Source: an uncultured Acidobacteriota bacterium
Lineage (GTDB): Bacteria > Acidobacteriota > Thermoanaerobaculia > Multivoradales > JAHEKO01
Length of the DNA: 64,000 nucleotides
NCBI GenBank assembly: GCA_963713825.1
Contig: CAVQNG010000003.1
Location: 64,001 to 128,000 of the forward strand
Reading direction: 5' to 3'
The notes beneath the pieces were generated by a model that searched no databases, was not told the DNA's origin, and was given only the letters and a program-made list of their open reading frames with translations. The stretch's first letter is position 1. Every line of letters begins with the position of its first letter. The position numbers and the translations under genes were made by a program. Below, one piece after another: positions 1 through 9,953 of the stretch.

Positions 1-828
1 CAGATCAAGGCAGAGGAACCGAAGATCGAATTCCCAGCCATCGAGATCGGCACGCACCCCGAGTCCGGGAAACCGATCGTCATGCGGGTGGGGCGATACG
101 GGCCCTACCTCGACCTCGAAGACTCCGAAGATGAACGGGTTCGCGCTTCGGTTCCGGACGACGTCGCGCCGGCCGACCTGACCGTCGACGAGGCAGTGAA
201 GATGCTCGAGAAGGCGAAGCAGGGTGCACAGCTCCTCGGACACGATCCAGAGAGCCAGCAGAACGTCTATCTGGCCCACGGCCGCTTCGGCGCCTACGTG
301 CAGCTCGGCGAGACGCCGGACAGAGGCTCGAAGGAGCCAAAGCCCAAGAGAGCCTCCCTGCCCAAGGATGTCGCCGAACAAGATGTGACCCTCGACAAGG
401 CACTCCTCTGGCTCTCCCTGCCTCGGAGCCTGGGTGTCGATCCCGAGAACGACGAGGAAGTCATCGCCACCAGTGGCCGCTTCGGTCCCTTCATCAAGCG
501 CGGCAAGGACACCCGGTCCCTGCCCGCCGAAGACGACGTCTATTCCGTCGAGCTGCCTCGAGCGCTGGAGCTCCTGGCGCAGCCCAAAGGCCGCCGCGGT
601 CGGCAGCGAGCCCAACGCAAGGTACTGAAGGACTTCGGCCCGTACGAAGGCGGTTCCAACCTCGAGCTCTTGGAGGGGCGCTACGGCCCGTATCTGACCA
701 ACGGTGATCTCAACGCCTCACTGCCCAAGGGCACGGACGTATCGAGTCTCACAGCGGAAACTGCCTCCACTCTTCTCCGCGAGCGCGGCAAGCCACCGAA
801 GCGGCGCCAGAAGCGCTCTTCGAAGTAG
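1..828 (+). CDS. topA: DNA topoisomerase I, C-terminal part (5'-truncated by window edge)
   Basis: Frame is open from base 1. Repeated Topo-I C-terminal motifs (GRYGPY, GRFGAYVQLGE, GRFGPFIK, GRYGPYLT) and a basic tail. Lies upstream of trmFO-xerC-hslVU, the usual context. Confidence 0.9.
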   Translation, partial: QIKAEEPKIEFPAIEIGTHPESGKPIVMRVGRYGPYLDLEDSEDERVRASVPDDVAPADLTVDEAVKMLEKAKQGAQLLGHDPESQQNVYLAHGRFGAYVQLGETPDRGSKEPKPKRASLPKDVAEQDVTLDKALLWLSLPRSLGVDPENDEEVIATSGRFGPFIKRGKDTRSLPAEDDVYSVELPRALELLAQPKGRRGRQRAQRKVLKDFGPYEGGSNLELLEGRYGPYLTNGDLNASLPKGTDVSSLTAETASTLLRERGKPPKRRQKRSSK

Positions 829-916
829 ACAAACTCGGATCTGTCTGCCGCCCGGAGGTCTACAGAATTGCCGGGCGAGCGAGAGGCATCGAGGCGGACT
901 TATAATCCCCGACACA

Positions 917-2269
917 GTGTTGGGTCCAGTCACCATCGTCGGTGGCGGACTGGCTGGCAGCGAGTGCGCCTTCCAGTTGGCCAATCGAGGCGTGTCCGTC
1001 GAGCTGATGGAGATGCGCCCGGTGCGGTCCACTCCGGCGCATCAAACCGATCGCCTGGCCGAGCTGGTTTGTAGCAATTCCCTGCGGAGCGACGACCCCT
1101 TCCACGCCGCTGGACTTCTGAAACGGGAGATGGAGCGATTCGGATCTCTGATCATCTCGGCGGCCAGAGGAGCAGCGGTTCCAGCTGGTGGAGCCCTTGC
1201 CGTCGATCGGGAGCAGTTCGCAGACCGGGTAACCGATGCCGTCTCCACCCACCCTCGGGTCCAGCTTCACCGCCAGGAAGAGATGCAGATCCCTGATGGC
1301 GAGGTGGTTCTAGCCACAGGCCCACTGACATCCGATGCACTGGCAGCGCAACTGGTGAAGCTCATCGACGATGACTCGCTCTACTTCTACGACTCCATCG
1401 CGCCGATCGTGGACATCGAGAGTCTCGACATGGAGCGGCTGTTCTGGGCCTCGCGCTACGACAAAGGCAGCGGCGACGACTACCTGAACGCCCCGCTGAC
1501 CCGAGAGGAGTACCTGGCCTTTCACCAGGCCATCCAGGAGGCCGAGCTCGCTCCGCTCCACGACTTCGAGAAGGACCTCTTCTTCGAAGGTTGTCTACCC
1601 ATCGAGGAGCTCGCAAGAAGGGGCGTGGACACACTTCGATTCGGCCCCATGAAGCCGGTGGGTCTTCGACTCGCCGACGGCACCAGGCCCTACGCGGTGG
1701 TCCAACTGAGGCGGGAGAGCCTGGCACGCGAGCATTTCAACCTCGTGGGCTTCCAGACTCGCATGAAGTGGCCGGAGCAGAAACGAGTCCTCGCCCTGAT
1801 TCCCGGCTTCCAGAATGCCGAGTTCGTCCGACTGGGTCAGGTTCACCGCAATACCTTCATCAACGCACCCCGTCATCTCGATGCCTTCTACCGGATTCGC
1901 CAGTCACCCAGAGTGCGTCTGGCTGGACAGATCACAGGTGTCGAGGGCTATCTGGAGTCGGCCGCCAGTGGGCTGGCGATTGCCGTCTATCTCGGACAGC
2001 AACTGCAGGGTGCCGACCCCGAGCCGTTCCCATCGACCACAGCGCTCGGGGCGTTGGCTCGACATCTGACCGAATCAGAGCCGAAGACCTTCAAGCCCGC
2101 CAACATCAACTATGGCCTCTTCCCGGAGCTGGCTCGACGCGTGCCAAAGCGGCAGCGACGACAGGCTTTCGCCGACCGCGCTCGAGAGGATCTCGACCGA
2201 TGGGCGTCCAGAAACGCCGTCGATCTGGCTGAGACCCCGGACGCAGTGGTCTCAGGAGGTGTCTCCTGA
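917..2269 (+). CDS. trmFO: Methylenetetrahydrofolate--tRNA-(uracil-5-)-methyltransferase TrmFO
   Basis: VTIVGGGLAGSECA, ELVCSNSL, FEGCLPIE, LRFGPMKPVGL, HRNTF, AGQITGVEGY motifs. Start placed at GTG 917, just after TATAAT 901-906; the ORF-track start at 704 overlaps topA. Confidence 0.95.
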   Translation: MLGPVTIVGGGLAGSECAFQLANRGVSVELMEMRPVRSTPAHQTDRLAELVCSNSLRSDDPFHAAGLLKREMERFGSLIISAARGAAVPAGGALAVDREQFADRVTDAVSTHPRVQLHRQEEMQIPDGEVVLATGPLTSDALAAQLVKLIDDDSLYFYDSIAPIVDIESLDMERLFWASRYDKGSGDDYLNAPLTREEYLAFHQAIQEAELAPLHDFEKDLFFEGCLPIEELARRGVDTLRFGPMKPVGLRLADGTRPYAVVQLRRESLAREHFNLVGFQTRMKWPEQKRVLALIPGFQNAEFVRLGQVHRNTFINAPRHLDAFYRIRQSPRVRLAGQITGVEGYLESAASGLAIAVYLGQQLQGADPEPFPSTTALGALARHLTESEPKTFKPANINYGLFPELARRVPKRQRRQAFADRAREDLDRWASRNAVDLAETPDAVVSGGVS

Positions 2270-3180
2270 AAGGCCTGACAGAGCGCTTCCTCGAGCACCT
2301 GGAAGAGGAGCGGGGCTTCTCGGTCCACACCGTGCGGGCATACCGACGAGACCTGGAGAGTTTTCTGCACTTTCTGGCCATCGATTTTCTGAGTGAAGAA
2401 CCCTCGTCGATCCAACCGAACTCGGTGGACGCACTGGCCGTCCGGTCCTTTCTCGCTTCTCAGGCCAGGGCTGGCCTGGGACCCCAGTCCCAGGCCCGGA
2501 GCCTGTCCGCCCTGCGCAGTCTTTTTCGCTTCGCCTGTCGCGAAGGGACCCTGAACAGCAACCCAGCCGAAGGTGTGCGAAGCCCCAAACAGGGGAAATC
2601 GCTACCCAGACATCTGCGCCCTGGTGAAGTGGAGAACCTGTTGGAGGCGGCCGACGGCGACGAGCCCCTGGCGCGCCGCGACTCGGCCATCCTGGAGCTG
2701 CTCTATGCCTCGGGCTTGCGCGTCAGCGAGCTCGCTGGTCTCGACTGGCCAGACCTGAACATCGAGGCCCGCACTCTTCGAGTCATGGGCAAGGGCGGCA
2801 AGGAGCGCATGGTGCCATTCGGCAAACCGGCTGCCCAGGCCCTGGCGAGATGGATGCAGGCATGGGAAGACGTGCGGGGGCCGGCACCAGGGCCCGAGGA
2901 GCCCGTCTTTCTGAACTATCGCGGCGCCCGCCTCAGCGCCCGCTCGGTGCGGCGCATCATCGACCGCTATGTCGAGAAGGCGGCCCTGGCGGCTGGCGTC
3001 CATCCGCACACCCTGCGACACACTTTCGCTACTCATCTCCTGGAGGGTGGCGCCGATTTGCGGACGATTCAGGAACTTCTTGGACACAGCTCATTGTCCA
3101 CCACTCAGCGCTATACCCATCTCGAGCTCGAGCGACTCCTGCAGGTCTACCGGGAGTCTCACCCACGCGCCAAAGGGTAG
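2266..3180 (+). CDS. xerC: Tyrosine recombinase XerC
   Basis: LYASGLRVSE, GKGGKER, HPHTLRHTFATHLL, LLGH..LSTTQRY catalytic motifs. The frame extends upstream of GTG 2332 to CTG 2266 (ERFLEHLEEERGFSVHT), behind AGGAGG at 2254-2259. Confidence 0.92.
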   Translation: MKGLTERFLEHLEEERGFSVHTVRAYRRDLESFLHFLAIDFLSEEPSSIQPNSVDALAVRSFLASQARAGLGPQSQARSLSALRSLFRFACREGTLNSNPAEGVRSPKQGKSLPRHLRPGEVENLLEAADGDEPLARRDSAILELLYASGLRVSELAGLDWPDLNIEARTLRVMGKGGKERMVPFGKPAAQALARWMQAWEDVRGPAPGPEEPVFLNYRGARLSARSVRRIIDRYVEKAALAAGVHPHTLRHTFATHLLEGGADLRTIQELLGHSSLSTTQRYTHLELERLLQVYRESHPRAKG

Positions 3181-3182
3181 CC

Positions 3183-3773
3183 ATGACCGTACCCGATTCC
3201 CGCGATAGCAGGGCTCTCCAGGAAGGTCGTTTTTCCTGTACTCCTTCTGGAATCATCGCCTCCAGCCGAAGGCGATTTTCCTACTTTCTACTAGTGCTGG
3301 CTCTCGCTATGGTCGTGGCGACCGTGGCGATGATCCTGGCCGGACGCTTCGTGCCCGCCCTGCTGGCGGCCGGCGTCGGGCTCGTCGTCGGCATGGCTTG
3401 GAGAATGAGTCGGGAGCTGAGCCTGCAATGGCTCGAGATCTCGGAAAGCCAACTGAAGGTACAGACCGCCACGGTCCGATTCGAGGTGCCCCTCGAAGGA
3501 GCCACAACGCGAGCCCTCGAAAGAGGGGAGATCGACCATATCGGCCGACTGGCATCAACGGCCGGTCTCGTAGCTGGCGTTGGCGGCTTCGACTCCCACC
3601 TCCTCGGCGAGTTCGATTTGTACGCTACCGACCTCGAGAACGCCGTACTGATCGACTGCGGAGAGGAGAGGTTCGTCGTCACGCCCGACAATCCGAGAGA
3701 GTTCTTGGCGGCGACGGCCACTGCCGGTGCCATGACTCGAGGCCCCCTGTTACAATCCGAATCCCATGAATAG
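3183..3773 (+). CDS. Membrane protein with two TM helices and a probable bacterial PH domain
   Basis: ATG 3183 follows the xerC stop. Two hydrophobic segments, then a G-F...LG-F-LYAT...AVLI...[10 protein letters not shown] pattern typical of bacterial PH domains. Confidence 0.6.
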   Translation: MTVPDSRDSRALQEGRFSCTPSGIIASSRRRFSYFLLVLALAMVVATVAMILAGRFVPALLAAGVGLVVGMAWRMSRELSLQWLEISESQLKVQTATVRFEVPLEGATTRALERGEIDHIGRLASTAGLVAGVGGFDSHLLGEFDLYATDLENAVLIDCGEERFVVTPDNPREFLAATATAGAMTRGPLLQSESHE

Positions 3774-4302
3774 CTTCTTTGCTACCACGATTCTGATGGT
3801 CCGCCGTGACGGCAAGACCTGCATGGCGAGCGACGGCCAGGTGACCTTCAACAACACGGTCATCAAGGCCACAGCCAACAAAGTGAAACGAGCCGGCAAG
3901 GGCCGCGTTCTGGTTGGATTCGCCGGCGGCGCAGCCGACGGACTGGCTCTCTACAGTCGGTTCGAGTCCAAGCTGGAAGAATTCCAAGGCAATCTGGAGC
4001 GCGCGGTCGTCGAGCTCGCCAAGGACTGGCGCACCGATCGAGTCCTACGTCAGCTGCAAGCCCAGATGATCGTCGCCGACGGGCAAAAGAGCTTTCTCGT
4101 ATCCGGCAACGGCGATCTCATGCAGCCTGATGAAGACGGCATTCTGGCGATTGGCTCCGGCGCCAATTTCGCTCTCGCCGCGGCGAGAGCCCTCATTGAC
4201 CACACCGATATGCCGGCCGTCGAGGTCGTCCGGCAAGCCATGAAGATCGCCGCCGACATCTGCGTCTTCACTAACCACCAACTCACCCTCGAGGAGCTCT
4301 AG
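3766..4302 (+). CDS. hslV: ATP-dependent protease subunit HslV
   Basis: ATTIL N-terminal nucleophile, [34 protein letters not shown]. Confidence 0.97.
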   Translation: MNSFFATTILMVRRDGKTCMASDGQVTFNNTVIKATANKVKRAGKGRVLVGFAGGAADGLALYSRFESKLEEFQGNLERAVVELAKDWRTDRVLRQLQAQMIVADGQKSFLVSGNGDLMQPDEDGILAIGSGANFALAAARALIDHTDMPAVEVVRQAMKIAADICVFTNHQLTLEEL

Positions 4303-4306
4303 ACCC

Positions 4307-5677
4307 TTGGCACCTCTAGCTTCGATCGTCTCAGGCCCGACCCTGAGCCTGGATGACCTAACGCCCCGGCAGATCGTTGCCGAGCTCGACAAGTACGTGG
4401 TCGGGCAGCACGATGGCAAGCGCGCCGTTGCTATCGCTCTGCGCAATCGCTGGCGTCGGCAACAGCTCGACCCGGAGATGGCCGAGGAGGTGCTGCCCAA
4501 GAACATCCTCATGATCGGTCCGACCGGTGTCGGCAAGACCGAGATCGCGCGACGCTTGGCCCGGCTGGCCAAGGCTCCTTTTTCCAAGGTCGAAGCGAGC
4601 AAGTTCACCGAGGTCGGCTACGTCGGCCGAGATGTCGAGTCCATGGTACGCGACCTCGTGGAGGTGGCGGTCGGGATGGTACGCGAGGAAACCCGAGCGT
4701 CTGTCTACGACAAGGCCGCCGAGCGAGCCGAGGACCGTCTCCTGCAGCTGCTCGTACCGCCGCCGGCACCCGGCACCGTCAATCCGGATGAGGCCGATCC
4801 TCAAGCCACGCGAGAGAAATTTCGAGACAAGCTGCGCTCGGGGAAGCTCGACGACCGCACAGTCGAAATCGAGGTCGAGGACTCTTCGTTGCCCAGCTTC
4901 GAGATGTTCACTCCACAGGGTGTCGAGGAAGTCGGAATCAATCTCAAGGAGATGATGCCGGGGTTCTTCGGACGCCGACAGAAGCAGAGCGTGCGTGTCG
5001 GCGATGCCCGGGAGATCATCCTGCAGGAGGAGGCCGAAAAGCTCATCGACCGGCAGCAGGTCAGTCGAGATGCGCGATGGAGAGTCGAGCAGGGCGGCAT
5101 CGTGTTCCTGGACGAGATAGACAAAATCGCCGGACACGACCAGGGTCAGGGACCCGACGTCTCCCGAGAGGGCGTCCAGAGGGACCTGCTCCCCATCGTG
5201 GAAGGCAGCACCGTCGCTACCAAGTACGGCTCGGTCAAAACCGACCACATCCTGTTCATCGCCGCGGGAGCCTTTCATTCGAGCAAGCCGTCAGACTTGA
5301 TTCCCGAGCTCCAGGGGCGCTTCCCCATCAGGGTCGAGCTCAACGCTCTGACCGAAGACGACTTCGTCCGCATCCTCACAGAGCCGGAGAACGCATTGAC
5401 CAAGCAGTACGCCGCCCTGCTCAAAACCGAGGGTATGGATATCGTCTTCACTGAAGATGCCATCCACGAGATCGCACGGCTGGCCGTCGAGGTCAACTCG
5501 ACGACGGAGAACATCGGTGCCCGGCGCCTGGCCACTCTTCTCGAGCGGGTCCTTGACGAGGTCTCTTTCGAAGCTCCCGACATGAAGGGAGTTCGAGTCG
5601 ATATCGATGCCGCCTATGTAAATCGCGCTCTGTCGGATATCGTCAAGGATCAGGACCTGACCCGCTATGTCCTCTAG
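4307..5677 (+). CDS. hslU: ATP-dependent protease ATPase subunit HslU
   Basis: [58 protein letters not shown]. Confidence 0.97.
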   Translation: MAPLASIVSGPTLSLDDLTPRQIVAELDKYVVGQHDGKRAVAIALRNRWRRQQLDPEMAEEVLPKNILMIGPTGVGKTEIARRLARLAKAPFSKVEASKFTEVGYVGRDVESMVRDLVEVAVGMVREETRASVYDKAAERAEDRLLQLLVPPPAPGTVNPDEADPQATREKFRDKLRSGKLDDRTVEIEVEDSSLPSFEMFTPQGVEEVGINLKEMMPGFFGRRQKQSVRVGDAREIILQEEAEKLIDRQQVSRDARWRVEQGGIVFLDEIDKIAGHDQGQGPDVSREGVQRDLLPIVEGSTVATKYGSVKTDHILFIAAGAFHSSKPSDLIPELQGRFPIRVELNALTEDDFVRILTEPENALTKQYAALLKTEGMDIVFTEDAIHEIARLAVEVNSTTENIGARRLATLLERVLDEVSFEAPDMKGVRVDIDAAYVNRALSDIVKDQDLTRYVL

Positions 5678-6893
5678 TCCGCTCGCCTCGCGTCGCGTCT
5701 CATCACAGATCGTCCTCTGGACTTTCTTGCTGATCAGCGCCCTTTGGCTGGCCTGCGGACGCAAGGAACCGCCCAGACCACCGGCCAGCAAAGTACCGGC
5801 AAAGATCATCGACTTGAAGGTTCAACAGCGCGGCATGGAGTTTCTCCTCACCCTGACCTACCCCTCCACCACCATGGGCGGTCTGGCGCTGAGCGAGATC
5901 GAAGCCTTGGAGGTCTGGGAGGTCGTGCGCTACGTCTCACCCCTGGTAGGCGAGGAGGAAGCCGCCGAGGACGAAGATGTGTCGTCCGAAGCTGTCGGCG
6001 AGCCCGCCGAGGAACCCGAGGCAGTACCCGAAGAAGAGGCTGCACCCGGGCTTTTTCAGCTACCAGCCGACATGCCGGATGAGGAGTCTATGGAAGATCT
6101 CGTCATGGTCGATCCGCGCGAGTTCCGCCAATCGGCACAGCTGCTGCGGTCCCTGCAAGACACCGAGCTGAGCTCGGCCGTACAGGGCGGCCAACTGCTG
6201 ATTCGCCTACCAATCGAGGAGATCCCCGAACAGGAAGAGGTCAGGGTCTTCGCGGCCAGAACGCTCGCAGGTCCGCGACTCGTCTCGCAATACTCCAATC
6301 TGGCGAAAATCGGCGTGCGACAGCCGCCAACCGCTCCGCGCTCCGTTGCCGTAGCACCGACCGCCTCCGGAGTCGAGCTCTCCTGGGAGACGGACGAGCC
6401 GGGCATGGAAGTCAACGTCTACCGTCGAAGTGCCAATGTCAAAGACTACGGTCCACCCCTGGCCACGGTGCCGCCAGAAACCCGGTCGTTCACAGATCGA
6501 GCGGCTGTCTTCGGAAACCGCTACATCTACACCGTGACGCTCGTCTCTTCGACCAATCCGCTGGTGGAGAGCCGCATCGCATCCGAGCACGAAGTGGACT
6601 TCGAGGATCGGTTCCCACCCTCGGCCCCGGAGAACATCGTCGCCCTCGCCGAGGAGGGCCAGGTTCGCCTGCTCTGGGAGCTGTCTCCTGAGAGTGACGT
6701 AGCGGGCTATCGGGTCTTTCGTCAGGCTCCGGGCGAGGAGTTCCGAGCCATCAACCCAGAGCTGGTTCTTGGCTCCGAGTTGCTGGATCGCGACGTCGCT
6801 TCGGGCATCACCTACTCCTATTTCGTCACTGCGGTCGACGGCGCAAACAACCAGAGCGAGGCCAGCAAGGCCACAACAGCTCAGGTGCCATGA
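5667..6893 (+). CDS. Lipoprotein with fibronectin type III repeats and an acidic linker
   Basis: Lipobox-like [14 protein letters not shown]3 signatures (VELSW...Y-VYR...FTD...YIYTVT; VRLLW...GYRVFR...[15 protein letters not shown]). Confidence 0.75.
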   Translation: MSSSPLASRRVSSQIVLWTFLLISALWLACGRKEPPRPPASKVPAKIIDLKVQQRGMEFLLTLTYPSTTMGGLALSEIEALEVWEVVRYVSPLVGEEEAAEDEDVSSEAVGEPAEEPEAVPEEEAAPGLFQLPADMPDEESMEDLVMVDPREFRQSAQLLRSLQDTELSSAVQGGQLLIRLPIEEIPEQEEVRVFAARTLAGPRLVSQYSNLAKIGVRQPPTAPRSVAVAPTASGVELSWETDEPGMEVNVYRRSANVKDYGPPLATVPPETRSFTDRAAVFGNRYIYTVTLVSSTNPLVESRIASEHEVDFEDRFPPSAPENIVALAEEGQVRLLWELSPESDVAGYRVFRQAPGEEFRAINPELVLGSELLDRDVASGITYSYFVTAVDGANNQSEASKATTAQVP

Positions 6894-7720
6894 GGCACTT
6901 CTTCCGCTTATCTGGCGGTGGCAACGACTTCCTGGCGCTCGTCGAGCCCATCGAGGACCCGACGCCCGACCAGATTCGGGCCTGGTGTCACCGTGGCCTT
7001 TCCCTCGGTGCCGATGGTGTGTTCCTTCTCCACCGTAGCCCTGACGGGGCGCGCATGCGCCATTTCAACGCCGACGGTAGCGCCGCCGAGCTATGCCTCA
7101 ACGGAACTCGGTGTGCGGTGCGCCTGGCTCGCCACCTGGGCTGGTCCGACCAGGAGATCGTCATCGAGACAGGGGCAGGCCTGATAGCAGGCTCGTCACT
7201 GGAGATCACTTCCGTGACTCTGGCCCTTGCACGACCGAGCGAGCCGGAGCCCCTGGAGATCGACTTGGACGGGACCTTGCTGCAGGGATTCAAGGTTCCG
7301 ATCGGCGTTCCCCACTTCGTCCTTCCGTGGTCAGAGGGAGTCGCTCGAGCACCGGTGGCCAGACTCGGACCTCGCCTCCGTTCCCATCCGGCTTTCGGAG
7401 ACGCCGGCACCAACGTGGACTTCGCACACTTCGCGGACCGGAATCGGATGGAGATCCGCACCTACGAGAGAGGCGTCGAAAGCGAGACCCTGGCGTGCGG
7501 CACCGGCGTGATGGCTGCGGTCGCAGTTGGAGTGGAGCAAGGAGAGTTGGAGCTGCCCGTGGCGGTGCTCACCCGCGGTGGCTTTCAGTTGGAGGTCAGC
7601 GCCTGGGCCAGCGGATCAGAAGAAGCGCGTTGGGGACTCAAAGGCGATGCCCGACTGCTGGCGGAAGGTGAGATGGTCGAAGGCGTCGATGACCTGCCCG
7701 AGCCACCACCGTGGGCCTAG
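6890..7720 (+). CDS. dapF: Diaminopimelate epimerase
   Basis: GGGNDF, GADG, FNADGS..ELCLNG.RC, GVPH, GTNVDF, RTYERGVE.ETLACGTG. Confidence 0.93.
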   Translation: MRHFFRLSGGGNDFLALVEPIEDPTPDQIRAWCHRGLSLGADGVFLLHRSPDGARMRHFNADGSAAELCLNGTRCAVRLARHLGWSDQEIVIETGAGLIAGSSLEITSVTLALARPSEPEPLEIDLDGTLLQGFKVPIGVPHFVLPWSEGVARAPVARLGPRLRSHPAFGDAGTNVDFAHFADRNRMEIRTYERGVESETLACGTGVMAAVAVGVEQGELELPVAVLTRGGFQLEVSAWASGSEEARWGLKGDARLLAEGEMVEGVDDLPEPPPWA

Positions 7721-7757
7721 GGCCCGACGATTTCCTGCATGCTAAGCTGCGCTGCCG

Positions 7758-8996
7758 ATGACTGACGGGTCCAATAGCAAAAGCCAGTTCGCCCCGGTCG
7801 ACGAACAGCTCGATCGGCTGACGAGGGGTGTTGTCGATCTGGTCACCGAAGACCAGTTGCGCGACAAGCTCACCCGCTCTCGTGAGACCGGCCGTCCCCT
7901 CACCGTCAAGGCGGGCTTCGACCCCTCTTCACCGGACCTCCACCTGGGTCATACGGTACTGCTTCACAAGATGAAGCACTTCCAAGACCTGGGGCACCGG
8001 GTGGTCTTCGTCGTCGGGGACTTCACGGCAATGATCGGGGACCCGACGGGCAGGAGCCTGACCCGACCTCAGCTCACCGCCGAGGAGGTCGCCGATCATG
8101 CCGAGACCTACAAGGCACAACTCTTCCGGGTCCTCGATCGAGAGCGAACGGTCGTGGACTACAACAGCCGATGGCTCGACGAGTTGGGATCCAGTGGCCT
8201 CGTTCGACTGGCTGGCCGCTACACCCTGGCCAGGATGATGGAGCGCGAGGATTTTCGTAGTCGCTACGAGTCCAACCAGGCGATCAGCCTCCACGAGCTT
8301 CTCTATCCCCTGGTCCAGGCCTACGACTCGATTGCCCTGCAGGCCGATGTCGAGCTCGGGGGACACGATCAGATCTTCAATCTTCTCGTGGGCCGCGATC
8401 TCATGAAGGAGGAGGGACTCGAGCCCCAGGTCGTGATGACGGTGCCCTTGCTGGTGGGTATCGATGGAACCGAGAAGATGTCCAAGAGCTTGGACAACGC
8501 GATCGCGGTCGAGGACTCCGCCACCGAGATGTTCGGCAAGACCATGTCCATCCCAGACGAGCTCATGTGGGACTGGTACTTGCTGCTCACAGAGCTATCG
8601 GAATCGGAGATCGAGGTGCGGCGCGCCAAGGTCGCCGCCGGAGACCTGCACCCGAAAACAGCCAAGCAAGAGTTGGCTACTCGTCTGACAACCGATTTTC
8701 ATGGTGTAGAGGCGGCCGCCCAAGCTGCCGCTGAATTCGACAAGGTATTCGCCGACGGCGGCCTGCCCGAAGAGATTCCGCACCACGCGATCGAAGGTCC
8801 CATGGTGCTGCCCCGCATCCTTGCCCAGAGCGGTCTCGCTGCAAGCAACAACGAAGCTCGCCGGCTGGTCCAGCAGGGAGCCGTGACGATCGATGGCGAG
8901 AGGAGCTCGGATCCGTTCGCCGAGCTGACCGCGCGCCAGGAGCCCTACGTCTTCAAGGTGGGCAAGCGGCGTTTCGCAAAAATCCAGATTTCCTGA
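7758..8996 (+). CDS. tyrS: Tyrosine--tRNA ligase
   Basis: GFDPSSPDLHLGH (HIGH), YPLVQAYD, GGHDQ.FN, KMSKS, C-terminal S4 domain. Confidence 0.97.
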   Translation: MTDGSNSKSQFAPVDEQLDRLTRGVVDLVTEDQLRDKLTRSRETGRPLTVKAGFDPSSPDLHLGHTVLLHKMKHFQDLGHRVVFVVGDFTAMIGDPTGRSLTRPQLTAEEVADHAETYKAQLFRVLDRERTVVDYNSRWLDELGSSGLVRLAGRYTLARMMEREDFRSRYESNQAISLHELLYPLVQAYDSIALQADVELGGHDQIFNLLVGRDLMKEEGLEPQVVMTVPLLVGIDGTEKMSKSLDNAIAVEDSATEMFGKTMSIPDELMWDWYLLLTELSESEIEVRRAKVAAGDLHPKTAKQELATRLTTDFHGVEAAAQAAAEFDKVFADGGLPEEIPHHAIEGPMVLPRILAQSGLAASNNEARRLVQQGAVTIDGERSSDPFAELTARQEPYVFKVGKRRFAKIQIS

Positions 8997-9090
8997 ATCG
9001 GTATCACTTCTCTGCAGGCAGATCCAATGACTGCGGTCCTGTGCCCTACGAGACAGCTTGACGGTAGCGGGCCGTGCTAGCCTACCGGCC

Positions 9091-9423
9091 ATGTCGCCGG
9101 GCGACCCACCACCACTGGACGAGCCTCAGGACACCAGCTCGCAACAGGATTTCGAAGAGATCCACATCCCGAGTCTGCCCATCGGGACGCGCATCATCCT
9201 GTTGGGGCTGAGCTGGATTTGCCTGATCTTGGGACTGGCGGGGCTCCTTCTGCCCGGCCTGCAAGGCGTGTTGCTTCTGCTGCTGGGAATGGCGCTGATG
9301 TCCGTGGCCAGCGACACCGCGCATCGCTGGATGGAGAAAGCACTGCGCCGCCATCCCCGCCTCCAGGAGCGACTGCAGCGCTTTCGCGACAAGATCCACA
9401 CGCGGTTCGGCCACAAGCCCTGA
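9091..9423 (+). CDS. Small membrane protein (PGPGW/DUF454-like)
   Basis: ATG 9091 follows TGnTAGCCT. Hydrophobic hairpin LGLAGLLLPGLQG and a basic C-terminus. Confidence 0.55.
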   Translation: MSPGDPPPLDEPQDTSSQQDFEEIHIPSLPIGTRIILLGLSWICLILGLAGLLLPGLQGVLLLLLGMALMSVASDTAHRWMEKALRRHPRLQERLQRFRDKIHTRFGHKP

Positions 9424-9437
9424 CCCCCGACCGACCC

Positions 9438-9870
9438 GGGGCTTGGGTCCTGGGTAAATGACCCTCTTCTTGTGGAGGTCCGCCGGCGGACGGCGTCGGC
9501 ATTGTAGGGGAGCCCCTTGCGGGCTCCCGCGGGAGGGGGCAAGCCCCTCCCCTACATCCAGGCGGGCCGCCACCTTGTCTCGTCATCGCGCCTCGTCTCT
9601 TGTGCTCTTTCGTGGACCTTGCGCAGCGCTCGACTCGGCACCCCACAGGCGAGCCACCCGAACGAACCTCTGGCACCGACAGGGGCATAAGGGCTTAGGG
9701 CAGTAGGGGCCTAGGGGGTGAGTCAGTAGTCGGAATCTCGATGTGTCTCGAAGGTGGTAGATCGGGCCATGGGTCTCCCTCGTCGGAGGGGCATGGTCGG
9801 GTGAGGCCGCAGACGAGGGAGATCCCTGGTCCGATCGGCTATCTCAACCCCAAGCCCCCAAAGGCCGGCC
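9438..9870. repeat. ~430-nt palindromic interspersed element, copy 1
   Basis: Reverse complement aligns over long stretches with 62077-62490. Ends GGGGCTTGGG (9438) / CCCAAGCCCC (~9849) are inverted, with internal 7-mer G/C-rich repeats. Sits between convergent genes. Confidence 0.9.
9503..9556. repeat. GTAG-family REP doublet inside the interspersed element
   Basis: TGTAGGGGAGCCCCTTGCGGGCTCCC...GGGAGGGGGCAAGCCCCTCCCCTACA. Absent from copy 2. Confidence 0.7.
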
Positions 9871-9948
9871 GACACGGAGTGCGGCCGGTTCAACCCCCAA
9901 GACTTCAAGGAAAAAGCCGGCGGTGAGCCGGCTTCCTCAACCCTTCAG
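9858..9948. repeat. Two-hairpin ~90-nt repeat (also at 56274-56355); possible terminator role downstream of gltA
   Basis: CCAAAG-hairpin-TTCA.CCCCAAG...GCCGGC GGTGA GCCGGC.TCCTCAACCCT, shared with 56274-56355. Confidence 0.7.
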
Positions 9949-9953
9949 TCGCG

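Noticed and set aside
2266-3180. Phage or island integrase
   Set aside because: It sits in the conserved topA-trmFO-xerC-hslVU housekeeping context, with no phage genes or att sites adjacent.
9438-9870. Group I/II intron or self-cleaving ribozyme as the identity of the repeated element
   Set aside because: I could not find a group II domain V, group I core motifs or a hammerhead CUGANGA/GAAA core on either strand.
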